This document shows, piece by piece, positions 39,829-50,492 of a stretch of DNA of 64,000 nt (the first letter of the stretch is position 1; the number at the start of each line of letters is the position of its first letter). The DNA lies in contig MU006107.1 of NCBI GenBank assembly GCA_010093705.1, positions 108,031 to 172,030 on the forward strand, read 5' to 3'. Both the position numbers and the translations under genes were made by a program. Below the pieces are notes generated by a model. It made no database searches. It saw nothing but the letters and a program-made list of their open reading frames with translations, and had not been told where the DNA came from. Origin of the DNA: Patellaria atrata CBS 101060 (lineage: Eukaryota).

Positions 39829-41065
39829 TCAAACAAGGCCATCGTAGAGAGATAGGGCAGACACGATCGTTTCATCCCTCTTGGAGCCCTCCTTGAACTC
39901 GGCCATATCCAAGCTACCATTCTCGTCCTTGTCCATCATGCGGAAGATCTTGCGGACACGCTTCTCTGGCGTATCCTCATCTTCGGGGAGCTTGACCATC
40001 GAACCGACCTAGAGTTAAACTTTCAGTATCTAATATTCCTATAACCGTCTGAAACTCGGACAACGCACCATTTTGTATATTGCCTCGACGATCGCTAACA
40101 TCTCCTCGTAGCTAATTTTGCCGTCTCCGTCGATATCGTACAGCTGAAATGCCCAGTCCAATTTGTCCTCCATCTTCCCTCTGCTGGTGACGCTTAGAGC
40201 GCAGATGAATTCCTTGAAATCGATTGTTCCTGATTTGTCCGCATCGAATACATTGAAGACGTAATCCGCAAAGGAGGAAGGATCGCCGAAGGGGAAGAAT
40301 TGCTTGTATATCTTCTGGAACTCTTCTTTTGTGAGCATGCCCGATGGGCAGTCCTTCAAGAAGCCTATTGGCGCAGGTGGTCAGATTATCGAGACACTCT
40401 GGGACCGTTACCATGTTAGATGTACGTACCCTTATACCATTGTTGCAATTCTTTCTTGTCAAAGTGCGTGGCTTTCTGAAGGTCGGCCAATTCTTGTTGC
40501 GACAGTTTGCTCTGGCTATGTAAGTTCACAATCAGCTCTTCATTATTCTGAACTATGATATATTCAAAACAACTATGAGTGGCCATTTCGTGCTCCATGG
40601 TTCTCACGGCTGCGAAGAGTGCTTTATCTCGGTTTTTCTTATATTGCTCGTATCCATCTTCGTGAGGCTGAGGAACATGCTGATGATGAAGACGGGCAAA
40701 GTTGTTCGACTGATTCGGAGATGGATGCGCGAGTAGAGGAACCGACCTATCTGAAGCCATAGAGTTGCTCCGATCCGAGCGAGTATGCGGTTTCCCGTCG
40801 TCTTCCATTTCGGTTGTTGTACGAGCTGAGCGTTGTAGATTTGGTGTACGCCAGAAGGCGTCATAGCGGGGAGCATAATGTTTTTATGGCATAAACCTTC
40901 GTTTGTCCACGCGCCAACGCGCTTTCCATCCACGTAAAGTTCACCTCATATGATGAAGGCGCGCAATGTGGTGACGGAGAGAACGAGTTTCGGCGGGGTA
41001 TAAAGCGCGAGGATGATGCGCAACCAGGAGAGTATGAAAAGCATGTGTACTCACGACTTTCCCAT
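39829..41065 (-). CDS. NCS1: Neuronal calcium sensor-1 / frequenin, 190 aa
   Basis: Exons 41065-41055, 40515-40430, 40364-40069, 40008-39829. MGKSQSKLS myristoylation start; EF-hands [39 protein letters not shown]; ends YDGLV. Confidence 0.97.
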
Positions 41066-41995
41066 CTTGTCTCACAGTCTGCGCTAACACTTTCAAACTA
41101 TTTGTACACGGTAGAGAGGTTTGTATTAATTTTTTGAGGTGTAGGAACCCAAGTCGTGGAGGGCCTCGAGTAGGTTACTGCGGGAGGGGAGTAAGGTATG
41201 GAGGCAGCTTGTGGCTGAAGAGGGGCGAGAGGTTCGAGGCGGTGCAATTCGTTGATTAAGAGGTACTGTACGGCGATCAATAAGGTACTGTAATGTGACA
41301 GTGTCGATTACAGAGTAGTCGGCTTTCCGTTTGGTGGGCTGCTGTGAAGGGGTTCTGAGGTATGTGGTGTGAGAAAGAGTCAAGGTCTGAATCGTAGTAG
41401 TAGGAAAGAATACCTACCTTATTAGCTATACATGTTCACAGGGCTAATTTTAGGGCTCATAAACTTAATAAGGTACCCAAAAGCAAAGAAAAGCTCCAGG
41501 CTACCACAAATTAATGGGCGCTTCTACCCGCGGGAACAGAAGTTCGCTCACCACATCCCTAGAAACTCCATACCAACAAGCCTTTTGGTCAAGCTCGTGC
41601 AGCAATTTGGCATACAGTGATTCGAGAGAGTATGAAGGCAAACACTTTATCGCACCTCATTTGTCAGGCACAGTTCTCGCTTCCATTGCAGCCTGCATGC
41701 ATGTCGCAGTATTTACCGCAGCTGGTTTTCACACCATTAGTTGCATACCAAAATTGATGATCTCTTTAGCAGATTAGAGCCATTTCGAACTACTATCTCG
41801 CTGCTGAGAATCGCATGTTAAGAGTTTATTGTCTTGCTTTATGATCTACTACCATCATGAAGTCCTCCTATCTAATTTACAAACGCAAGGCATAACTACT
41901 TCATCGAAAAATCCCCATAAGATGAGGAAATTCGTCTGAGATCAAAGAACTATGGTCCATGGACGTTCGACCACTTCAACATGTCCCCGGAGTTC

Positions 41996-43724
41996 TCACT
42001 CATCAACCTGATCCGTCTCGGCCTTCTGCGCTGCCGTACCCTCAATCAACGCCTTCACGTCCCTAATACCAGCCGTATTTCCCTCCTGAATTCTCTTCAA
42101 CGTCAGCGCCGCAATCAGCGCCGCCCCAACACCGCTACCATCTTCAGCCGGGTTGATCACAATCGGATCCTTCATCCCCTTCTTCCATTCGAAGATCTCG
42201 CGTAAAGCTTGTGCACCGCGAGCCTTAAAATGCGGGTATTTATTGAAGACGGTACCGTCGGCGCCGACATGACACTCGGTCCATCCCTTCTTCTTGCAAA
42301 TAGCGGCGACGCCGCAGGCAGAGAGTCGGGCGGCGCGAGTGCCAATGAGCTCGGCGAGTCGACGACAGAGCTCGAGCTCAGGCTTCGTGGCTGTTATGGA
42401 AAGATGTTTTTGAAAGAGGTCTTCGGTCTCGGACAAGTTCTCGAATGGGTCTCTGTAGATAGGGGTCAGTATGCTGCTTGAAGTTCGGAATAGAAGAAAT
42501 AGAGGCTTGGGGACGACTTACTCCTCAATAGCGGACAGAAATGAAGAGTCGAGGGAATACGGCTTTTGGAGCTTGCCAATGTCTTGGCCTTCGAATATGA
42601 GGCACTCCTGAGTCTGATGAAGGTCTACGAGGACTAGACGAAAGATCTCTCCGAGATAGAGACCTGCGACCATCTTTTCGAACGTCTGTTGACCTGGACG
42701 GGGTGAATCCTTATCGATGAGGATGTCGTATTGAGTCCTGGGGAGAACCTTGTGCTGATTGTCGAAAGCACCCCATTCGCAATTGATAGCCATTGGCGTA
42801 TCAGGATCCAACTTCATATGCGCAAGCTTGGGGATGCTACCGCAATTTTCCATATATGCTGCATTGCAACCAGTTCCGAAGATGCATCCAATCTTTGTCT
42901 TTTCGTCCGTATACGCGGATGCGATTAAAGTTCCGGTCGTGTCGTTGATAAGAGCAGCAAGCTTGATCGGTAGACCCTAATCACCCCAAATTAGCAAAGT
43001 ATTCCGTACCTTCGGGACAACAATCATACTCTCTCTTGTAGCGCCGCCTCGAAAGGAGGAACGACATCCGTACCCTCAACGCCTTTGATATCAAAACCCT
43101 TGGTCCACCTCTGGAGAACACCGTGGTCGATGTACTCCTGCGTTGCCGGATACGAAAACGTAAATCCTAGAGGAAGTGTCTCCAGGTCCTGCTCGTCCTC
43201 ATGATGATACTCCACGAACTGGTGGATACAATCCGCGATGTACCCCCATAGTTCTTCGCCAGTGCCGGTCTTGAGATCCTCCGGCATGCGGTATTTGGAT
43301 TGAATGATTTGGAACTCCCCCTTTTCCTCGGGCAACGAAACTTCGCATACTCGAAGGTTGGTTCCGCCCATGTCTAAAGCAAGGTATGTCCCCTTTTCGT
43401 AGCCTGTAGGAAATCCCATGCACCAAGTAGGGTTCATAGGCTTGAATGGTTAGTGTGAAATTATATAGATGTCGTACACTAGAAGACTCACGATGTCTCC
43501 ACCCTCGACAGTCAGACCTTTGGTGAGTTCTCCAACGAAATGGTCTGTGATTTCCTTCAGTTTGTCTGTCTTCACCATGAAGATTTCTTCTAGTCGCTCA
43601 ATTTGTTTAAGAAGGTCCTTTGGGACATCGGATAAAGATCCTAAATTATTTAGTATTCTGCGCTTTTTGTGTGGGAATCGTAGAACTAACCCCTGCGGGA
43701 TGGTGGTTTCTTTCCAAACGGCAT
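41996..43724 (-). CDS. HXK: Hexokinase, 501 aa
   Basis: Exons 43724-43691, 43640-43492, 43440-43030, 42976-42522, 42452-41996. YLALDMGGTNLRV, LGFTFSYP, WTKGF, INDTTGT, INCEWGAFD, FEKMVAGLYLGE, AEDGSGVGAA. Confidence 0.97.
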
Positions 43725-45579
43725 AGTTTGAGTTAACTTATGATCCGCGTAGCTAATATCTGTCTGAGTTGCCTTGTCTACTTTCGACTCTTCCTCTTCT
43801 CTTTGTTGCCTGTAGCAAGAGTATAAGTTTTGGAAGAGGGTTGGGATACAAGGCGATGTCAGCCTTTAAGGTCCTTGTGAGTTTCTCGGAAGACCGTGAA
43901 ATATCGTGCTTCTCCGGAAAGTTCGTCAGATGGTAGGCAGGCCTTGCCGCCGCTGATGGACCAAGCGCGAATTGAGATATTTCAGTGTCAATTGAAAGTC
44001 AGGGGTATCGAAATGTCGCGGAGGAGTTCAGCGCTAGGCGACGTGTTTGAAGTAGAAGTTCTTTTAGTGGATGACAACAGATTACCAAAGCTGTTGGCGT
44101 AATCCGTTGATCGTTGAAGCTTCCTTTCCCCACACCGGAAGAAACAAAAATAGTTGAGTCAAGATCTCTGAGATTATTGGGAGCAATTGATATATTTTAA
44201 CTATGCAGTGTACTGTATAGGGTGGGTGGACGTGAGTCCAGATGGGTATAGAGCGAACTTACCTTTCGAGTGGATCTAAGCGGTCGTGAAGTACCCACAT
44301 CACCATATTTGGATCCATTTCTGCTGGAGCTGTTCTTGCTATTCAATCGGAACTTTTTGGTTGTTGAGATGGTTCGGAGATGCCCCGCGCGTCCACATAA
44401 TAAGGTAATCCCCCACCACCCCACACTTGCCGGATCAACAAATCTCCGAGAGTTAAGTAAAGCTTCACCCCCGGCGCCCCGCCAAACCGTCTCCCTTACC
44501 TTAATTCACTTCCTTATTCTCCACTACTCAAGACAGTTATCTCGGTTCTACATTCATGCTTACCTTAATGCTACATATTGTTTTGAAGCAGCCCGGGAGC
44601 TAGATCGACAAGGATTCGGCACGTGTAGTAGTTATAGTCCTACCTATAGATACCAGAAGTTTACCTTTTAGTGCAAGACCGTATGTACTTCACGTCTCCA
44701 TTAACTAACAGATGCTTTCATGCCATATTGAGCATGTAGGACGAAGGTTTCGCCTAAATTCGTCCGAGATGTTCTGTGAACAAAATCATAAGGAGAATTC
44801 TTATATATACACCCTGGTGTATCCTCGGCGTAAGCCTAATTTAACGGCCCTTCAAATCCTATTTCTAGCTTTCTTGATGGGATCTCTAGAAGTGATAGGA
44901 ACCCCTTACACGGGAATAATATGCCTCTAATAATGGCACACGAGCACGGTTTTATGTCTTCAATTGACATCAACCCATTCATAAAGAAAAGGTGCTTCAG
45001 TCTATCGGCTAGCAGCTTGATATCAACCTTTTGACGGGTACCGTGTACAGTCTCATCACGTGCTCGGTAACAATGAGTCAAGTCGGTCAACTGAATTCCG
45101 TACAGAGCGAGCAAGGAAGTGGAGCTGATGCCGTATATGCTCCATCACTCTCGTCTTGTACTGTACTTGTAATGAACCAGTTCTGCGGGTTTCCGAGGTA
45201 GAACTAGCTTAAGCCCCGCCGTCTACGACATGCAGAGTAATAAGTACCTAGCATGCGAATTGTAAGAGCGACTATTACATTTTCTAACTTTGTAGGTTGT
45301 TATTCTACATCGGGTCTCCTCTCGGGTTAGCTGGCGTCGGCGGTTCGCAGATGCCGACGTTGATCTCGTAACTTGTTTCGTGAATTACCATCTATGGCAT
45401 CCCGGATATTGATTAAGATCGGACATTCAGGTACAAAAAGTAGTGAAGTTGTAGTGAGTGCGGATATAAATACTGTAGATTCGGCCATGACACACATACG
45501 TCAATCATTCTGTAAAATTCTTGAAATTTTGTTTCCTCCCTAAACAGTTCCCCTGATTCAAACTTGTAATATCGCAAAT

Positions 45580-47159
45580 ATGGCCGCTCCAAACGGTGAA
45601 TTCTTCATTCAAAAGAACATTAAGAAGACTGCTGCCCATCATGAGTCCTTCAAGCAGCTTTGGGAGACGAAGTGGAGAATGCCCGTAGGTGAATCGAGCA
45701 GAGTAATGGAAACTACTCCCTGATGCGTTCATAGGCCACAATGGGTGTTTACCCCTTCATGTTCGGTACAGCAAAGGATTTCGAACCTATTGTGGAAGAG
45801 ATGGAAAGGGTATAACTCCAATGAGACCCTCCAAGGCAGCACTTATTAGATCTAACTCAACCCATAGGTCGATATGCGAGAACCTTACGACTGGGATGCA
45901 TATGCTGAAATGTTCAGACCTCAGGCTCAAAAGCTAGCTCGAATTGCGGAGGAGGCAGAAGCAGCGGGTGAGACTGAGAAAGCGTCGGAATATTACGGGT
46001 AGGATACCTCGCGCTGGGTGAATCTACCTTTTCTGAGATTTGTTAGACGGTCGTCAGCCGTATGGAGGATCTCGCGTTTCCCAGCTCCAAGGTCACCAAA
46101 ACAGAAGCACGCATGGGAAATGAGCAAGAAATATTCCCTAAAGGGTCTGAGGTAGAGACACTCCCATGGAAACAGTTGGAATCCTGCTCATAGTTACTAC
46201 AGCCTAAGAGAATATCCAATACAGGAAATCCTGGTTCCTCACACACATAAGGAAGAGGGCGAGGGTGATGTAATCCCAATCTACTATCAACTCCCGTCCG
46301 AAGCCTCTAAGGAGAGCCCGGTCCCCGTTGTGATAATCTTCACTGGTCTTGACGGGTACAGAACTGAGCTGGCAGTGTGGCAGGAGGGATGGAGGAGAAA
46401 TAATGTCGGGACAGTTGTGGTAGAGATTCCCGGAACTGGAGACTCACCAGCTGCGGCAAACGACCCCCTGAGTCCAGATCGGTTATGGTCAAGTTTGTTG
46501 GATTGGTTAGATGCGCAGGAGGGCGTCGATAACAAGAAGTTGTGCGTCTGGGCCTTCTCAACAGGTGGATACTATGCCATAAGACTAGCACATACGCATC
46601 CAGACCGTCTAGCAGGTGTCGTAGCGTTAGGGGGTGGTACACACCATATGTTTGATCGGGCCTGGTTGGACGAAGTGAACCATCTTGAGTACCCATTTGA
46701 GTGAGTAGCTCTCTTGTTACGGACGATTGTATTAGTTTGCTAACTGTTCTTCCATTAGTCTTGCAAATACGCTGGCTTACAAATGGGGTTACGGTGACGA
46801 CGTGGAGAAGTTTAAGCAAGAGGCGTCGGACAAGTTCTCTCTACTCAAAGATGGAACGCTCGATAAGCATGTCTGCGCCAGACTTCTGCTCGTCAACGGT
46901 ACTGAGGACGAAATTTTCCCCATAGACGACTATTATCTTGCTCTACAACACGGCGCGCCGAAAGAAGCAAGGTAAGAATTAAGCGTGAATTCCTTGATCT
47001 AGATCATGTTAACACAGTTGCAGGTTCGTGCCTGGGATAAAACATATGGGAGAACCAGAATCGTTTTTCATTATCTTGAAGTGGATCTACAAACTCTTCG
47101 GTATCGAGGCCAATCCGGGAGCTCAGATGTCTACCATGCCGTTCAGACCCAAATACTAA
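45580..47159 (+). CDS. Ayg1/YG1-like alpha/beta hydrolase (polyketide-shortening family), 420 aa
   Basis: Seven exons: 45580-45684, 45735-45809, 45868-45998, 46047-46151, 46203-46700, 46759-46971, 47024-47159. HHESFKQLWETKW, GVYPF, TGLDGYRT, VEIPGTGDSP, WAFSTGGYYA nucleophile, HLEYPF, DEIFPIDD, HMGEP. Confidence 0.85.
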
Positions 47160-47550
47160 GGTGCTACATTAGGAGACTGTATGAGTAACTACCGATAAGT
47201 TCGGCGAAAATGAGTATCACTGTTTGTTACGTAATCAGCATTAGGATATCTAGTGTATGACAATGAATCTTATAATGATATCAATATTTAAGGGAAGAAT
47301 CTCACTCTGTACTCCATCGAAGCTGTAGATAATGCTAGGGAATACTGATAGGAGATTTTTTATTGATGTCCATTTATTACCGAGCCTACCAAATATCCTA
47401 CAATAATCACTCCAGAATTAGAGCTTTCGGGGATTTTAGTCCTATATCTAGCACATGTCTTCCGGATATCATATATACAGGGCATAATTGCAATCGTTCA
47501 ACATAAGGTGTAGAGACTTGAAAAAAGAGTGTCCTTGCAACTGATGTCTA

Positions 47551-48850
47551 CTGTGGTAGCCGGCATAAGTTTCGATAGTACGATGCCACCAAGCTTTTGT
47601 ACATACTAACCATATTCATAGAATTATTTCTTACTCAGCGTCTTATTTAGTATCCTATTCACTCCTCGCGTCCGCGTGTTATTACCTTAGTGTTGTATAT
47701 CTATCTATATCTGAAGTACTGAATATGCCTCCCTCAACGCCTCCACGACGCCATCATCTTACTCGCGATCAACGAATCCAAGTCCAAACATTACGAGGAA
47801 TTGGCCTTACATATGAAGCAATTGTCAAGCATCTTGGATTCTCATACCAGCAAGATCAGCGAGCAGGTCAAGCCGAGCAAGTCACACCAAAGAAGCGTAG
47901 CGGGCGCCCACCACAGTTATCACAAGAGCAGGTTGAAGAATTGATTGCGTATATACGTCAATCACGAGAGACACGTCGTATGAGCTATCAGAGACTCGCA
48001 ACTGAGATATTTGCACACTGGGGTGTTGGTGAATATGCAATCCGATCCTCATTACGTCGCGCTGGATATCGAAGGTACGTTGCCTTAGCCAAATCTCCAT
48101 TAACTGAGGCTAATCGTTTGAAGAGATTAGCCTGGGCAGAGGAGCATGTGGAGTGGACATACAACCAGTGGTGCACAATACTTTGGAGTGACGAGACCTG
48201 GGTCAATGGTACAAGGCATCGAAAGACTTGGGTTACAAGACAACAAGGTGAAGAGCTAGAAGATACATGTCTGGTTACAAAGAGACGTTGTAACCGTGGC
48301 TGGATGTTTCGGGCATCATTCAACGGTACAACAAAAGGGCCATGTCTCTTTTGCGAGAAGGAATGGGGCAGTATCAATCAAGATACATACTGCAATCGTA
48401 TCGTACCGATTGTACATGGGTGGATAATGATGAATTCAGGTTTAATCTTTATACAAGATAATGCTCCTGGGCATGCAGCGGTAGCGACGATTCAAGAGCT
48501 ACAAGAACGTGGTATCAACACCATGACATGGCCTCCATTCTCACCAGATCTCAATCCTATTGAGACAGTATGGAACTGGATGAAGGACTACATACAGCAT
48601 AAGTATGGGGCTCTTGACAATCCAACATACGATACATTACGTACTATCGTGAAGGAAGCATGGGAGGTAATTACAACTGAGCAGCTTCATGAACTGATTG
48701 AGAATATACAACAACGCTGTAAGGGCGTCGTTACAGCAGAAGGCAGATTCACAAAGTGGTAGGATTAGATAATCAAAAATATATTTACATTACAACCTTA
48801 TTTTGTGGCTTGGCGGCGCGTACTATCGAAACTTATGCCGGCTACCACAG
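47551..48850 (+). mobile_element. Complete Tc1/mariner DNA transposon (1300 bp)
   Basis: Perfect 32-bp TIRs CTGTGGTAGCCGGCATAAGTTTCGATAGTACG (47551-47582 and 48819-48850), flanked by TA at 47549-50 and 48851-52, enclosing a transposase ORF. Confidence 0.96.
47725..48762 (+). CDS. Tc1-family DD34E transposase, 345 aa
   Basis: N-terminal HTH with GRPP; WSDET; QDNAPGH followed by exactly 34 residues to the E of SPDLNPIE. Confidence 0.95.
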   Translation: MPPSTPPRRHHLTRDQRIQVQTLRGIGLTYEAIVKHLGFSYQQDQRAGQAEQVTPKKRSGRPPQLSQEQVEELIAYIRQSRETRRMSYQRLATEIFAHWGVGEYAIRSSLRRAGYRRYVALAKSPLTEANRLKRLAWAEEHVEWTYNQWCTILWSDETWVNGTRHRKTWVTRQQGEELEDTCLVTKRRCNRGWMFRASFNGTTKGPCLFCEKEWGSINQDTYCNRIVPIVHGWIMMNSGLIFIQDNAPGHAAVATIQELQERGINTMTWPPFSPDLNPIETVWNWMKDYIQHKYGALDNPTYDTLRTIVKEAWEVITTEQLHELIENIQQRCKGVVTAEGRFTKW

Positions 48851-49241
48851 TAGGTTTCCCCTTTCTCGCTTACAGTATCGCATCGGTACCTGTGACGTCG
48901 GTTGTAGCTGCCTCGTGGGTAATCGGGGATAAACGCGACGTGATAAGAGTTCAATTCTTAGATCTTCCAACACTTATTGGCATCCATATTTCGTATACAT
49001 TGTTGGACTGCTCTTTCTGTCCTCAGTCGTCCTGTAAACATCCCTAAGCGTTGATAGTCAGCTTCAACTGGGATCTTCCAGGTTGTCTATATCGTGTCCT
49101 ACAGCAGTGTTCTGTTACGAGTGTTTTTTTTTGTCACAGCAGCAGGTTTCACGGATTATACAAAAGAACAGGCGTCGAATCCGTGACGTTTTACCGACGA
49201 GGAAATGAATAACCTTATCTTCTACGCAGTTCACAAATCCT

Positions 49242-50492
49242 CTACTTCCAAAACATCTTCTCTATCGCTCCAGGCGCACGATCATCCACGTCAGACCTTT
49301 TATCTGTACCTTCACGGATAGGGCCGTCCGATGTACTTCTCAGTTCGCTAATCAGGGGCCCGAGAGGAGTGCTTCCGATCCCAAAGGAGAATCCGAAGTT
49401 AAAGCCAGAGTCAATCCCTGGGAGAACCGGCATCTCTAATACGGACTCAAGGGTCGTTGACTTTGTCTCTCTCTTCTCACTCCTGCTTTCACCAGCGATG
49501 ACATCCCGTAATCCGGGGGGGATAAACGGAGCCAGACCGGCGAGAATGTCACCTTCTGATTTGTCTTTTCCTTTCGTTTCCGCTTTGGTCTCCGTTGATG
49601 TAAGGTCGACATCTTCCATCTCAATGTCTTCTCCTTCAGGCTCTTCAATTACCGGATGCACAGCCAATGGGCTCGTAACTTTCACACTCTTCCTCCTACT
49701 TGCACTTGCCAAGAATCCAGTCCAGAATTTCTCTTTCTCTTCCACTTTCTCTTCCACTTTCTCTTCCACTTTCTCTTCCACTTTCTCTTCCACTTTCTCT
49801 TCCACTTTCTCTTCGATCCTTTTGCCTTTCACTTTCTCTTCTACTTTGTTCTCGCCTAGGATACCCACAAATGTCGTCTGCGGTCGTGATTCTTCCTTCT
49901 TATGTTCCCTTTTCGCATCAGATTTCGTTGATGTCTGTACTCCATACTGCGATCCCCAACGACACTCACTGGGATAGTCACACCGACCCCAGCAGTCCTT
50001 TCCTTTAGCAAACCTCGTGTCGAATACTTCAGCCCTTGATGCACCCTTTCTCACCATGGAGACGGAAGACTGGTATTCAAGTTCCTCTCTACGCCAGTCA
50101 CCCCAAGCTTTCCAACCAGCATAGTCGAACTCGCTAGCACATGCTTTATGCTTCTTCGTTCGACGTCGTTTACTTTTTCGCCAAGACTTAACCGTAGTCT
50201 GACCTGCGCAGAAATAGTGGCCATCGTCTAGACAGCGTCGGGTGACCCCAAGGCTGTACGAGGAATGGCACTGGTGGCATTGCCAAAGCCAGCGGAGTGG
50301 TATAGCCGGAGGCGGATTACCAGAAGCGGAGAGAGGAGAGAAGGTGGACTCTTTACGACTAAAGATTGACTTTGTTTTACGTGCCGGGGGCGAAGGAGAC
50401 GGTGTGAGTGGGTATCGTGGTGAAAATGGAGAGGGAGGGATCGAAAGGTGGGACGGTTTGAAGGGAGTAACGGGTATTGTGAGTGAAACCAT
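49242..50492 (-). CDS. Uncharacterised fungal protein with a Cys/His putative zinc-ribbon region, 416 aa
   Basis: Single-exon ORF; WLWQCHQC..YSLGVTRRCLDDGHYFC, CASEFDYAGW, CWGRCDYPSECRW; Pro/Ser-rich N-terminus. Confidence 0.75.
   Translation of the reverse strand: MVSLTIPVTPFKPSHLSIPPSPFSPRYPLTPSPSPPARKTKSIFSRKESTFSPLSASGNPPPAIPLRWLWQCHQCHSSYSLGVTRRCLDDGHYFCAGQTTVKSWRKSKRRRTKKHKACASEFDYAGWKAWGDWRREELEYQSSVSMVRKGASRAEVFDTRFAKGKDCWGRCDYPSECRWGSQYGVQTSTKSDAKREHKKEESRPQTTFVGILGENKVEEKVKGKRIEEKVEEKVEEKVEEKVEEKVEEKVEEKEKFWTGFLASASRRKSVKVTSPLAVHPVIEEPEGEDIEMEDVDLTSTETKAETKGKDKSEGDILAGLAPFIPPGLRDVIAGESRSEKRETKSTTLESVLEMPVLPGIDSGFNFGFSFGIGSTPLGPLISELRSTSDGPIREGTDKRSDVDDRAPGAIEKMFWK
49734..49814. repeat. 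Coding 12-bp minisatellite (TTTCTCTTCCAC)6+ encoding an EEKV repeat
   Basis: Six perfect units plus a partial unit. Confidence 0.92.

Noticed and set aside
33820..47159. Secondary-metabolite cluster (Zn2Cys6 factor plus Ayg1-like hydrolase)
   Set aside because: No backbone enzyme is present, and the two genes are separated by housekeeping genes
49369..50008. + strand ORFs with SSTF, LPLS or FHFL repeats
   Set aside because: Other-frame readings of the 12-bp minisatellite
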